Part shown: piece by piece, positions 14,301 through 24,875 of the stretch
Numbering within the stretch: position 1 is the stretch's first letter
Layout of the letters: the number at the start of each line of letters is the position of its first letter
NCBI GenBank assembly: GCA_013265495.1
Contig: MU057701.1
Coordinates: forward strand, 806,001-870,000
Source: Vicugna vicugna
Taxonomy: Eukaryota
Direction: 5' to 3'
Length of the DNA stretch: 64,000 nt
Translations under genes and position numbers: made by a program
Notes under the pieces: model-generated
The model's input: the letters and a program-made list of their open reading frames with translations, nothing else
Database searches by the model: none
What the model was told of the DNA's origin: nothing

Positions 14301-14570
14301 TAGAGTTTTGGAGCAAAGCCTTGCTCTCTTTGCCTAACTATCCCCCTTTTTAGAAACTGCTCCTAAATTACTTATGGGCCCTGGCAAAGACCAAGAGCCT
14401 GACCGTGCAGTACCAGGTGACCATGTAAACTATGCAGCTTGTCATGAAATGAGTATCAGTCCCACTTAGCCATACCATGCTCGGTAGCTCTCCTTTTCCC
14501 AAGAGGACATGGAATAGAAGAGCAGGCCTAAACAGGTCCTGGAGAAGGCACAGGAGAGCAACTCCCAGTA

Positions 14571-14861
14571 CAGGCAGACCTCGGAGTTGACCACAATAAA
14601 TCGAATGTTGCAATAAAGTGAATCACGTGAATTTTTTGATTTCCCAGTGCATAAAAATTTGTTTACACTATATTGTAGTCTACTAAGTGTGCAGTATGTC
14701 TGAAAAAACAACGTACCTAGCTTGGTTAAAAAATAATGCCTCTGGAAAAATGGCACCAATATACTTGCTTGACGCAGTGTTGCCACGAATCTTCAACTTG
14801 TAAAAAGTGCAGTATTTGCGAAGTGCAGTAGAGAGATGCACCATAAAACGAGATCCGCCTG
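14571..14861. mobile_element. Tigger1 internal-deletion derivative (MITE)
   Basis: TIRs CAGGCAGACCTCG / CGAGATCCGCCTG with TA on the left flank; Tigger1 subterminal sequence. Confidence 0.8.
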
Positions 14862-15578
14862 CATGTTTATTCCCGTTTTACCGCCACTGCCCTCTCACTT
14901 CACGTCCATGAAGTGACTCCCATAGGTGACTAAGGAAGACATTTGAGCTTGGTTTAATAGATGGTGTCAGCTGGGAGTGGTCTGCTAAGATGTTAGAGCT
15001 GCACTTCGAAGTGGTCTTGAAGGTGGTCTTGGAAGTGGCGAAAGGAAACCTTTGGAGTGGGCAGAACTTTGGGTTGCACTCTTGTGGTTCTCTTTGCTTT
15101 GAGAAGGACTCTACCCCAATTCATGGGCCAAGTGGGCAGGGACTGAGACTGGGGACAAGGAGGCTCGGGAGAGAGGATGTAGCTGATAAAGATGTAGGTG
15201 GACCTCTCAGAATAGACCTAGAAAGTGTGAGTATTTCTAGCCTAAAGGAATAGTTATCAAAATGTCCCCACTGCTAAAGAAGTGTTAATAAATTTGTGGA
15301 AAAGAAGACTCGTCAGGTGGATGAGAACCTTTCCCTAGTCAAGCCATTGCCTGTTTACTGGGGTCATGAGCTTACTGCGGGCTTCTCCTCGGCAAGGCTG
15401 ATCTGTCGCTTCTGCTGAAGGAATCATTATAATGTATCATTTCTATCATGGGGAGTAGAGTGGTTAGCCTCACTGGGAAGAGGTTTTTACTGAATTTGGA
15501 TTTCCCTTGCCCACCAGCCATGCTTTTACCAACCTCATCCTAAATGGGCTTACTTACCTTCTCTACCGTTATGGTATC

Positions 15579-15953
15579 TGTCTTAGTTCTGGCTGCTACC
15601 ACAAATTACTATAGCCCTTGTAGCTTATAAACAAGGGAAATTTATTTCTCACAGTCTGGAAGCTAGAAGTCTGAGATCAGGATGCCAGCGTGGCTGGGTT
15701 CTGGTGACAGCCCTCTTCCAGGCTGCAGACTTCCCGACTTCTCCTTATATCCCCACATAGAGGAAAGCAGAGGAGGGAAGCAGACTCTCCCATGATCTTA
15801 TAAGAGCACTAATCCCATTCATGAGGGCTCCACCTTCGTGATCTCATCTAATCCTAATTACCTCTCAAAAGCCCCATCTCCTAATACCATCACATTGCGG
15901 GGAGGATTTCATCATACGAATTTTGTGGGGACCCAAACATTTAGTCCATAACA
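15579..15953 (-). mobile_element. MLT1A-type MaLR solo LTR
   Basis: TGTCTTAGT...TTTATTTCTCACAGT...GCACTAATCCCATTCATGAGGGCTCCACC...CCATAACA. Confidence 0.8.
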
Positions 15954-16143
15954 GCATCTAACCAAGGAACTAAATTTACAGTGAACTAAGTAAAGAAACT
16001 AGGGTCCTATCAGATTCACTAGCCTTATTACGGACCCCAACAACCAGAAGCAGCTGGCTTTACAGAATAGCGGAATGACCGATGAAATACACAGCTACTG
16101 AGCCAGCTGGAAGACAAGCTCTTGAGAGCTTGGATTCCATTTA

Positions 16144-16460
16144 CAGTGGTCCCTGGATATCCCTGGGGAATTGGTTCCACGATCACCTCCCCCTCCACCC
16201 TCAGATAACAAAATCCAAGCATGCTCCAGTCCCTTGTGTAAAATGGCATAGTATTTGTATATAACCTATGTCCTTTGTTTGTTTTAGGGGGAAGGTAATG
16301 AGGTTTATTATTTAATTTTTTTTAATGGAGGTACTGGATGGAGATGGAACCGAGGACCTTGTGCGTGCTAAGTATGCACTCTACCACTTGAGCTATACCC
16401 TTCCCCTTCCTCCTGTACACTTTAAATTATCTTCAGATTACTTATAATACCTAATGAGAA
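16144..16460. mobile_element. MER2/Tigger-family DNA transposon fragment
   Basis: TACAGTGGTCCCT...GGTTCCA...AAAATCC...AGTCCCTT...AAAATGGCATAGTATTTG. Confidence 0.7.
16273..16408 (-). mobile_element. Vic-1-like SINE nested in a MER2/Tigger element
   Basis: Family motifs; MER2-like sequence resumes after it. Confidence 0.8.
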
Positions 16461-16518
16461 CCTATTTTAAAATAAGTTTCCTCCACTATTACATTGTAAA
16501 CTCTGAAGGCAGTCACCA

Positions 16519-16660
16519 TTTTTTTTTGTTTTGTTTTTCAGGGGAGATAATTAGGTATATATATATATATATTTTTTTTAATGGAGGTACTGGGGATTGA
16601 ACCCAGGACCTCATGTATTCTAAGCATGCACTCTCTACCACTAAACTATACCCTCCACCC
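16519..16660 (-). mobile_element. Vic-1-like SINE
   Basis: Family motifs; (TA)n run in the tail. Confidence 0.85.
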
Positions 16661-16815
16661 TGGCTGCCACTGTTCTTAAATATCTTTGTATTTAAGTACA
16701 TAGCACTGTTTATATAGTGCAGGATACAAGTTGCAAACTTGTAGACTCTGCGCTGTATCTGAACTGCATTTATTTTGATCACTCCGAAGTGTTGTTTAAA
16801 AATTGACAGTTGCCA

Positions 16816-16923
16816 GGAGGGAGGATAATAGCTCATTCATAGGGTGCATACGTTAGCACACACGAGGTCCTGGGTTCAATCCCCAGTACTTCCATTTTTT
16901 AAAAAAAGGGGGGAAAAAAAAAC
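16816..16923 (+). mobile_element. Vic-1-like SINE
   Basis: Family motifs; head-to-head with the previous copy. Confidence 0.85.
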
Positions 16924-18238
16924 CCCTGTCAGTTACCAATATTTAAAAATCAAGAGATTTCAAGTGAAATACACATTTCCACCTTCTCTTGAAAAATTTG
17001 AAGATCTGGCCATTTTAGGCCCCCATTCCGAAAGCTGCCCTCTTTTTACAAAACACAGGCGCTAGCTAGCATTTGCCAAAGTTCCTCACCTTGCCCATTT
17101 GATTTACTTTCATTTCTTGCCTGGCTCCTGAAGGCACATAAGTTTGCTACCCTTGCTGCTCAATGGAACTATATTGAATAATGAATTTGGTAATTAATGC
17201 TTGTATTTTCATTTTCATTTCACATATGTGGTCTATCCTTCTAAACAGACTGTAATAAGCCACTTGGTGGTCAGAGTCCTGTTAACTATTTCTGTTGAAA
17301 TCACCAGTTTTTGGTGGTTTCAATACCTATTAATATGCTTATAAAACCTTGCTCTGAGCCTCAGAACTGGCTTGACCACCGCGAGTTGTCTCCCTGCTTT
17401 GGTCTGGGGAAGCCTAAAATTTCATCGTCATGATTCGTTCCCCGGGCTAAGCCGAGACTTGGTTACTTGTCAGGTAAAGATATTAAAATGACTTCCCGAT
17501 AACACAAACGTACAACAGATTTAAGTAGGGTTTAGGCGGGAAGTTACCCTTTCTACAGCAAATATGAAATTGGAAAGTTCTTCCTGAGGTGGTCGAGTTT
17601 CTAACTGGGACACCGGGAAAGGTGGAGGAGACTGGAATATAGTTGCATTCTGGAGTTTATACAAGGGTTTTTGGGTGGGGATTTCATCCGAAGAGTATCA
17701 GAATGACTCTCCCTCGGGGTCTGGCAGCCTAGGGCGTGGCTTCTGGCACAGCCCCCGAGCAGTTGTCATTGGGATCAATTTCAGGACTCTCTAGAACCAA
17801 GCCTTCGGAGTTTCACATTTCTAGGGGCTCCTCTCCCCGCCCCCAGGTAATTTCCCTCGGTTGCGGACGCTGCCCTGCCGCCTGGGTCGCTTAAGTCTCC
17901 CCTCTTCGCGATACCCTCTCTGGCTTTCAGCATCAGTTTCCCTAAGGGGGCAGGAGGGGGATGAATTTGGGGGCTTCTCCGCCCTCATTTTTGAGCCGGG
18001 GAAGGTGGACGCCGGAAGGAGGCCCTGTGAGTTTCAGGCTCAGCAGTCGGCTCCCGAGGCCTCCGACCCGGAGCACTTCTCCAGGGAGCGCCCCTCTCCC
18101 CGGAGCCGCCGGCGGCTGCGGTCCAGCAGCGCCGCGCGGAGGCACCCAGGGCTCCCCGCCCCCGACCCGGCGCTCCCGCGCTCCCCCTAGCGGCCGCCGC
18201 GCGGCCTCGCTCCGTCCCAGGCTCGTCGGCGGCGCAGC

Positions 18239-18248
18239 TCACGTGACC
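18239..18248. promoter_or_regulatory. E-box TCACGTGACC (USF / MiT-TFE CLEAR-type motif)
   Basis: CACGTG at 18240-18245 with TCACGTGAC flanks, in the proximal promoter. Motif match only. Confidence 0.6.
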
Positions 18249-18306
18249 GCGCTCCGGGCCTGCGGCCGCTGTCGGTTCCCCCAGTCACCGAGCGAGAGGG
18301 AAGAAA

Positions 18307-18318
18307 CAAGATGGCGGC
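18307..18318 (+). promoter_or_regulatory. YY1 consensus site CAAGATGGCGGC
   Basis: Exact match to the extended YY1 motif AAGATGGCGGC in a CpG-island promoter/5' UTR. Confidence 0.7.
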
Positions 18319-18358
18319 TGAAGGCGATCCGGAGTGGGGCCCCAGCAATTCGGATTGA
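18311..18358 (+). other. Putative uORF MAAEGDPEWGPSNSD* (15 aa) upstream of the BPTF CDS
   Basis: ATG at 18311 in AAGATGG context (A at -3, G at +4), stop TGA at 18356-18358. Whether it is transcribed depends on the TSS. Confidence 0.5.
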
Positions 18359-18440
18359 GCCTTCTCCCTCCACCCGCTTCCCCCAGCCGGGCCCCTCCCG
18401 CCCGGCCCCGCCGGCCTCCCCACCCAGCCCCGGCGCCCCC

Positions 18441-18724
18441 NNNNNNNNNNNNNNNNNNNNNNNNNNNNNNNNNNNNNNNNNNNNNNNNNNNNNNNNNNNN
18501 NNNNNNNNNNNNNNNNNNNNNNNNNNNNNNNNNNNNNNNNNNNNNNNNNNNNNNNNNNNNNNNNNNNNNNNNNNNNNNNNNNNNNNNNNNNNNNNNNNNN
18601 NNNNNNNNNNNNNNNNNNNNNNNNNNNNNNNNNNNNNNNNNNNNNNNNNNNNNNNNNNNNNNNNNNNNNNNNNNNNNNNNNNNNNNNNNNNNNNNNNNNN
18701 NNNNNNNNNNNNNNNNNNNNNNNN
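18441..18724. other. Assembly gap (284 N) covering the end of the BPTF 5' UTR and the first ~95 codons
   Basis: Run of N flanked by extremely C-rich and G-rich sequence. Confidence 1.
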
Positions 18725-19052
18725 GGGGGCGGCAGGACGGGGGGCGGGGGCGGCGGCGGCCACCTGGCCCGGACCACCCCGGCCCGGAGGGCCGTCAACA
18801 AAGTGGTGTACGATGACCACGAGAGCGAAGAGGAGGAGGAGGAGGAGGAGGACATGGTCTCCGAGGAGGAGGAGGAGGAGGAGGACGGCGACGCCGAGGA
18901 GACCCAGGATTCCGAGGAGGACGAGGAAGATGAGATGGAGGAGGACGACGATGACTCCGATTATCCGGAGGAGATGGAAGACGACGACGACGACGCCAGT
19001 TATTGCACGGAAAGCAGCTTCAGGAGCCATAGCACCTATAGCAGCACTCCAG
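18725..19052 (+). CDS. BPTF: BPTF exon 1, visible 3' part of the CDS (Gly-rich, then acidic Glu/Asp tract); start codon lies in the N gap
   Basis: Translates from 18725 as GGGRTGGGGGGGHLARTTPARRAVNKVVYDDHESEEEEEEEEDMVSEEEEEEEDGDAEETQDS...SYCTESSFRSHSTYSSTP(G), matching the mammalian BPTF N-terminus as I recall it. Donor CCAG|GTACCC at 19052/19053, phase 1. Confidence 0.97.
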
Positions 19053-20117
19053 GTACCCACCCAGCCCAGTTGCTGCAGACTCCTTCCCCACCTCCTCCCC
19101 CATCCCCACTTGCTCACTCTCTCTCTGTCTCCCCCCACCCCACCTCCCCCCCAAACAGAGGGGAAATGCGACGGCACAGCAAGTGGCAAAAAACTAGATT
19201 TACAAGAGGAAAGAGGCGCATTGTTCAAAATGGAGATTGCATTGTTGCAGTTCGCAGGCCACACACTCGCTCTCTCTCTTTCTCTCCCCCCAACCCCCTC
19301 TTTTTTCCTCTTAAAAATTTGTGCCAGTGCAGTGTCTCCACCGGGCAGGATTGAAACTTTGGCACACACATATCCATTGCATTCATTTTTCTCTCCTTGT
19401 TTTGGTTTGGTTTTTTGGAATGAAAGAAGCCTCTTGTTTTGCAAACCTCTTTGCATTTCTAATGTGGTTTCTTTTAGATTTTTATTCTATATCTGTTCCT
19501 TAAAAGGGAATCGAGGATTTAGACAGATTGTGGCATACGAACACACACAAAACATGCTTCTCTTCACACGCCTGGCAGTGTGGTTTTAAAACTGTGTTAA
19601 GGAAATGGATCAGTTGGGTTAGTAGGGGAGCTTTACCTGGTCCTGTGTGTTTGTTTTTATTCTTGAGTGCTAATGGGCTCGTGCAACAGTTGCTGGTAAA
19701 TGGCTGATTAAAAAGCAAAGCAGAAAACCAAAGCCAAAACAGATTGGGTATTTCATCTGATTCAAAATCATTTTGGTAAAATGCAAAATAAGAGACGGCA
19801 AGAACATGCGTCTTAACTAATTTGATCCCTTTGCTTTGCCTGAGAAATACAGTTTCGTGTCACCTGTTGCAGGGGGCGGATAGTTGATCAAGCAGTTGTA
19901 ATTACCGAAGATGAACTTTTGGACCAACTTCCAAGTCACACAGCAGAAGTATAGGGAGATTTATTGTAAAATGACTTTTTCTTTTCATTCTGTTTCTGAG
20001 ATAGTAGTCCTCCCTGGATCTGTAATGAATTTCTCCATGGTGACTCCTCGCCTATTTTCTCAGAAAGTTTCTCTAGGCAGGTGCTGAGATGTTTTTTGTT
20101 TATTTAAAACACACAAT

Positions 20118-20138
20118 ACACACACACACACACACACA
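20118..20138. repeat. (AC)n microsatellite, about 10 units
   Basis: Direct read. Confidence 0.9.
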
Positions 20139-21991
20139 GTTGCTGCTTTCTATTAAATATGTAGTTGTGGCTTACTAAATTGTGAAAAAAAATTTAACTT
20201 GTAGCAATAACTTAAAAGATTTTTCCTTTATATTTTTGTTAATCTGGATTAATGAAATTAGAATCTAGATTTACTTTTACCAAGTAAAGTTTATGAGGAA
20301 ATACAATCTTTGAAAAGTGACTAAGATGTGTCACTTTGGTTTTAAAAGAGACTAGGTTAGTAGAAGTGGTTAGATTTAAATGTGCCCATTTTTAAATAAA
20401 TGCTTAAATACTCATTGGAGGAGTATGAGTATTAAACCAGATATGAACCCATTTAGGTTGCCCTGACAGCAAATGAAAAAGGTAATTTCTTTTGCCTGAC
20501 AGTAGGAGTATCTTCCTGTCTTTGCGGTGGGGGTGGGGGGAAGCTGGCAGGAGAATTAAGGGAATGAATCAAGTGTCAAGTGTATGTCTTGTATGTGGAA
20601 GGGACTACACACCACTTTTCATTTCTTGTCAAATTAATTTTAGTACATCTTTTATAGTAACAGTTTTTACCTTATAAAAATCATGTGTGGTCCTTTCTAC
20701 CAAGAGCTCAGAATTGAAAGACCCATGGAAGGTGAATTACACTATCAGAGAAAGTTTTTTCAGATTAGACAGAGCTAAGGCGTTTTGGCAGGGTGGTTCA
20801 GCTAACTTTAACTCCTCTTCAGAGGTCTAGCAAGTAATATTTAGGACTGAGAGCTTTGTATATGCTGAGTTGAACTGCAATTTGTTGGTTAGGTTTCCTT
20901 TTTTAAAAAGATACTTATATCTTTATGGACTTCCATGACATTTTGTTTTTCCTAATGACACTTGTAGTGTACCTTGTGTGTGCTGGCCCTATCTATGTGA
21001 GACTAAAGACTGTATATCCTTATATGAACTTTATACTCCCTGCACCTCTAGGACAGTGACTTGTACACAGCAGGTGCTCATCAGAGGCTGATTGGACAAA
21101 TAATTGTTAGTAGGTGACAACTTGTAATAGATGAAGTTTTGATAATTCTTCAATGGGTGCCGTAATTCCTGAGTATTTTGGATTTTGGAAACTAAAAATT
21201 GGTCTAATGAGATTTTGATAGACAGTTTGACCAGTGAATGGCTTTAGCACCAGGGTTAGTGTGGTGGTGGTTTTTTTTTTTTTTTTTTTTCCTTCCCAGA
21301 GTTAGTGTGTTTTGAGCTGCTGTTTCATATTGCTTGCTAGGCATTTTCTTCGTTGCATGGTGGTGGTAACTTGTTAGCTGTTTTACTTTTTGAAACATTA
21401 TTTCTCAAGTTTATGGTAAAAAAGATGATACATTTTGTGTTGTAAACTTTTAGAATATGTCCACTTGCCTGGAATAACAATACGTGCCAGTGAGTTGTTT
21501 AGGCTGAGCACAAGTTTCATTAGTTTTATTGTCTGTGCTCCTAGACAGTGAAGGCTGGGAAGAAGGCTGTCAGGGAAACATGTGTGCATGCTTTGGAAGG
21601 AAAAATATTTTAGGACTGATTTAAGATATCCCAGGAGCTCATGGTGGATTTGAATTCGGCTCTATTGTCAGGGCTAAAAGAGAAGTATACTTTGTTGGTA
21701 ATTTAGAATAAGTTGATTAAATTTTGTAAACTAGAATGCTGGCTTAAGTACTAGCATATTAACTATCTAGTATAAGAAATAACTCATTCATTTATTCATA
21801 TGTTGAGTACTTTGTAGGTAATATACCTGTTTATACTAAGACATTGGTTGATGTTACCAGCTTAATTTTTAAAATCATAGATTTTAAAAAGTTTATTCAC
21901 TAGAGGTGAAATGTTTTCCTTTTATGGATAAAAAGTTTAAATGGGTGTGTAAGGTACTTACATGACAAATCCGACTATAGGGATGATAAGG

Positions 21992-22201
21992 TTTTTTGGG
22001 AGGGAAGAGATAATTAGGTCTAAAAATATATATATATTGGCAGAGTGTGTGCTTAGCATGCATGAGGTTCTGGGTTCAATCCCCAATACCTTACTTAAAA
22101 TAAATTGCCGTTGTTGGGCAATACCTAGTAAGGTATTGGGGATTGAACCCAGAACCTCATGCATGCTAAGCACACACTCTGCCATTGAGCTATACCCTCC
22201 C
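21992..22201 (-). mobile_element. Vic-1-like SINE carrying an internal 58-bp perfect inverted duplication
   Basis: Head at 22127-22201, tail at 21992-22037, arms at 22038-22095 and 22127-22184; flanked by GATGATAA on both sides. Confidence 0.9.
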
Positions 22202-24294
22202 TGCTAGATGATAACTTGTTAATACAAAAATTGGAATCATCTAGTTTTGCTTAAATTCAAGGCATTTGACTGAATAAGGCTTTTATTTTTATTGTGAAAA
22301 TTTAGAGTTATTTCAGCCTGTAGCTTTTATGACCTACTTGGCCAGTACCTTGAGAAGGGTTATATAGAAAATCTGTTTTGAATAAACGTTGGTGAAGTTC
22401 TGACAGCACCTTGAAGTCAAGCATTTGCTAATTCGAAAAAGTTAAATCAGACTTGAAACAGAATAGTTCTTGCATTTAACCTGTATAAGATGTCTGAGAC
22501 TACCTAGCTGGTATTTTGAAATTTGGAACCTCTGCTGACTTCCGAAAGCAAAAGCCCTGGTTTTGTCCTGGGAGAGCTAGTGATTTGTGTCCTCTAAGGA
22601 TGATGGCAGTTGTGGTGGGTGGCATAAGATGCTGTGAATGAACTGCAGATTTATCTGAAGCACAGTTTGTTACTGGTTTGGCAATATTTATTCCCACTAG
22701 TGTCAACCAAATACCTTTTCAGTATACTTGTAATTCTTGATTGGTACAAGTGAGGTGCAAAGTGCAGTGGAGATTTAAAGGAGGGCAGAGTTGGTGTGGG
22801 CATGTGCTTCCTGGATGGCCACACGGACAGTGAGGATGGACAGAGGGAGGGAGGGAGCAGCGTGAACCAAGGCGCTGATTTTAAAGTGCGGGCAGCCTTA
22901 GGTAACTGGTTTAGCAAGAGCCTGAGAATGTGAATAGGAAATGAAGTGTAAAGCTCCGTTGTTGGGCAGTACCTAGAGAACCCGGTATTTGTACTCCCTC
23001 CCTCATCTGTAGGGTAAGAATTGGGCTAATCAGTGATCCTCAGTGGTTTTTCACTCCCGGGGCACCTAAGAGATATGCTGTATTCCCATAAGCACCACGC
23101 AGGAGCATGGAACAAAACCAAATCAAATCACAGAGATACTGTTAAATCACCGATGCAGTCAACTCTTTCCCCCTAGATTGAGAGAATTCCTGGAGGAATT
23201 GATTTCTGAAGGTTCCTCTCCTCTCCGAGTCTATTTCAGATCTGTTTCATTTGGGAGACTATTGGGAATCCGTTGGAAGATCTGGAAACAAGTCGGGTAT
23301 GATTTCGGTGGGATGTCGTCAGGAAGTTCAGTATTGCTTCTCTTCTGCAGGATGGATTGGAAGAGGACAGATAGCTGGTGGGGATCTGGGTCAGTTTTGT
23401 AGCCCTGGACAGGAAGATCAGTTCAGGGGGTACTTCGGAGTTCTCCAGGCCTCGACAGCATCAGAAGTGTAAACAGAGAGGAATTCATCAAATATGCCTC
23501 TGTAAGAATGGTGGTGTTTTCAGTAGCAATAGGAATTCAAGATTGTAAGAGATTAAATTAATGAGATCTGTTTTCAGGTATCAGTACCTGAGGTTAAACA
23601 TGAGAATTAAAAGAAAACAAGGGTCGTAAAGAGTTATTAAAAGGATGGACAGCATGCTTTGTGAGTAGTAGAGAGGTGTGCCGAGATGTGCAGTAAAAAT
23701 GGTCTTGTGAACAGTCATGCTCACCTACTCTTCTGGTATATGTTTGGAATGGAGCTGTGTATTGACGTGTGTGCACAGCAGGATTGGGGATATTAAGGCC
23801 AGGAACTCTGGTCTCTTCTGTTAGGTCCGCCTTTCTTTACTTTTGAAGACTCCTTGTCCAACCTGTGACTGCAGATCCTTGGAGGGTGAGCAGGTGGTGG
23901 TAGTGGTGGCAGACCGGTAATCTGGGTGGCGTAGACAAGAGCAAAGCCTAGCTGATGCCCTCTTTGCATCAGGTAGATCCCTCCCTCCCTGCTCCTCTGG
24001 CTTCCTTGAATCCCACTTCTCTGGGGCTCTCTTCCCAGAGTCCTTCCCAGAGCGCTTACCTTGGTCTCTCTCTTCAGTGCCTGTTTATCGCAGTTATGGC
24101 CACATCTTCATAATTTGGCCCCGTTTAGCACTGACCCTCATTATTCTGATTTTTTTCATGCTTTCAGTTCTTTAAAATGATAAGGTTCAGGAGGCAGAAC
24201 ATTTCACTTTGAAAGATTGAAAGTAAAATCATACAGATAGAATTAAAATGCATATAGCTAAATGTAATGGGTTTTTTTTAATATTTCTCATTTT

Positions 24295-24875
24295 AAAATT
24301 TATTTTATTGAATTATAGTTGATTTACAATGTTGTGTTAGTTTCCAGTGTACAGCAAAGTGATTCAATAGATATATATAATATATATATACAAATACATA
24401 CTTTTTCATATTCTTTTCCATTGTGGTTTATTACAGGATATTGAATATAGTTCCTTGTGCTATACGGTAGGACCTTGTTTATTTTATATATAGTAGTTGT
24501 ATCTGTTAATCCCAAACTCCTAATCTATCCCTCCGCTACGCCCTTTCCCCTTTGGTAACTGTAAGTTTGTTTTCTGTGTCTGTGAGTCTGTTTCTGGTTT
24601 GTAAATAAATAATTTTGTGTCATTTTTTAAGATTCCGCCTGTAAGTGATATGTTATTTTTCTTTCTCTTTCTGGCTTACTTCATTTAGAATGGTGATCTC
24701 CAGGTCCATCCATATAGCTGCAAATGGCATTATTTCATTCTTTTTTATGGCTGAGTAGTATTCCATTGTATAAATATACCATATCTTCTTTATCCAGTCA
24801 TCTGTGGATGGACATTTAGGTTGTTCTGTGTCTTGGCTATTGTAACTAGTGCTGCTGTGAACATTGAGGTGCATG
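24295..24875 (-). mobile_element. Relatively young L1, 5'-truncated 3' end
   Basis: Minus strand encodes the L1 ORF2 C-terminus (QPKCPSTDDWIKKIWYIYTMEYYSAIKKNEIMPFAAIWMDLE) plus 3' UTR. Confidence 0.92.

Larger units (their letters stand above)
14300..16085 (+). mobile_element. Decayed ERVL internal (pol RNase H / integrase) sequence, interrupted by younger elements
   Basis: Resembles ERVL pol: TGGGCCCTGG...CCAGGTGACCATG, AGTGGGCAGAACTT, ACCAAGGAACTAAATTTACAG, CCAGAAGCAGCTGGC. No intact ORF. Confidence 0.55.
17850..19050 (+). promoter_or_regulatory. CpG island: BPTF promoter and exon 1
   Basis: Very high GC and dense CpG against an AT-rich, CpG-depleted background; GC boxes; no obvious TATA box. 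Confidence 0.92.

Noticed and set aside
19053..19354. In-frame read-through of exon 1 into intron 1 (100 codons)
   Set aside because: Low-complexity sequence after a phase-matched donor; no BPTF similarity.
17961..19589. 542-aa and other long ORFs across the CpG island
   Set aside because: Artefacts of stop-poor GC-rich DNA and translation through Ns; not in the BPTF frame.
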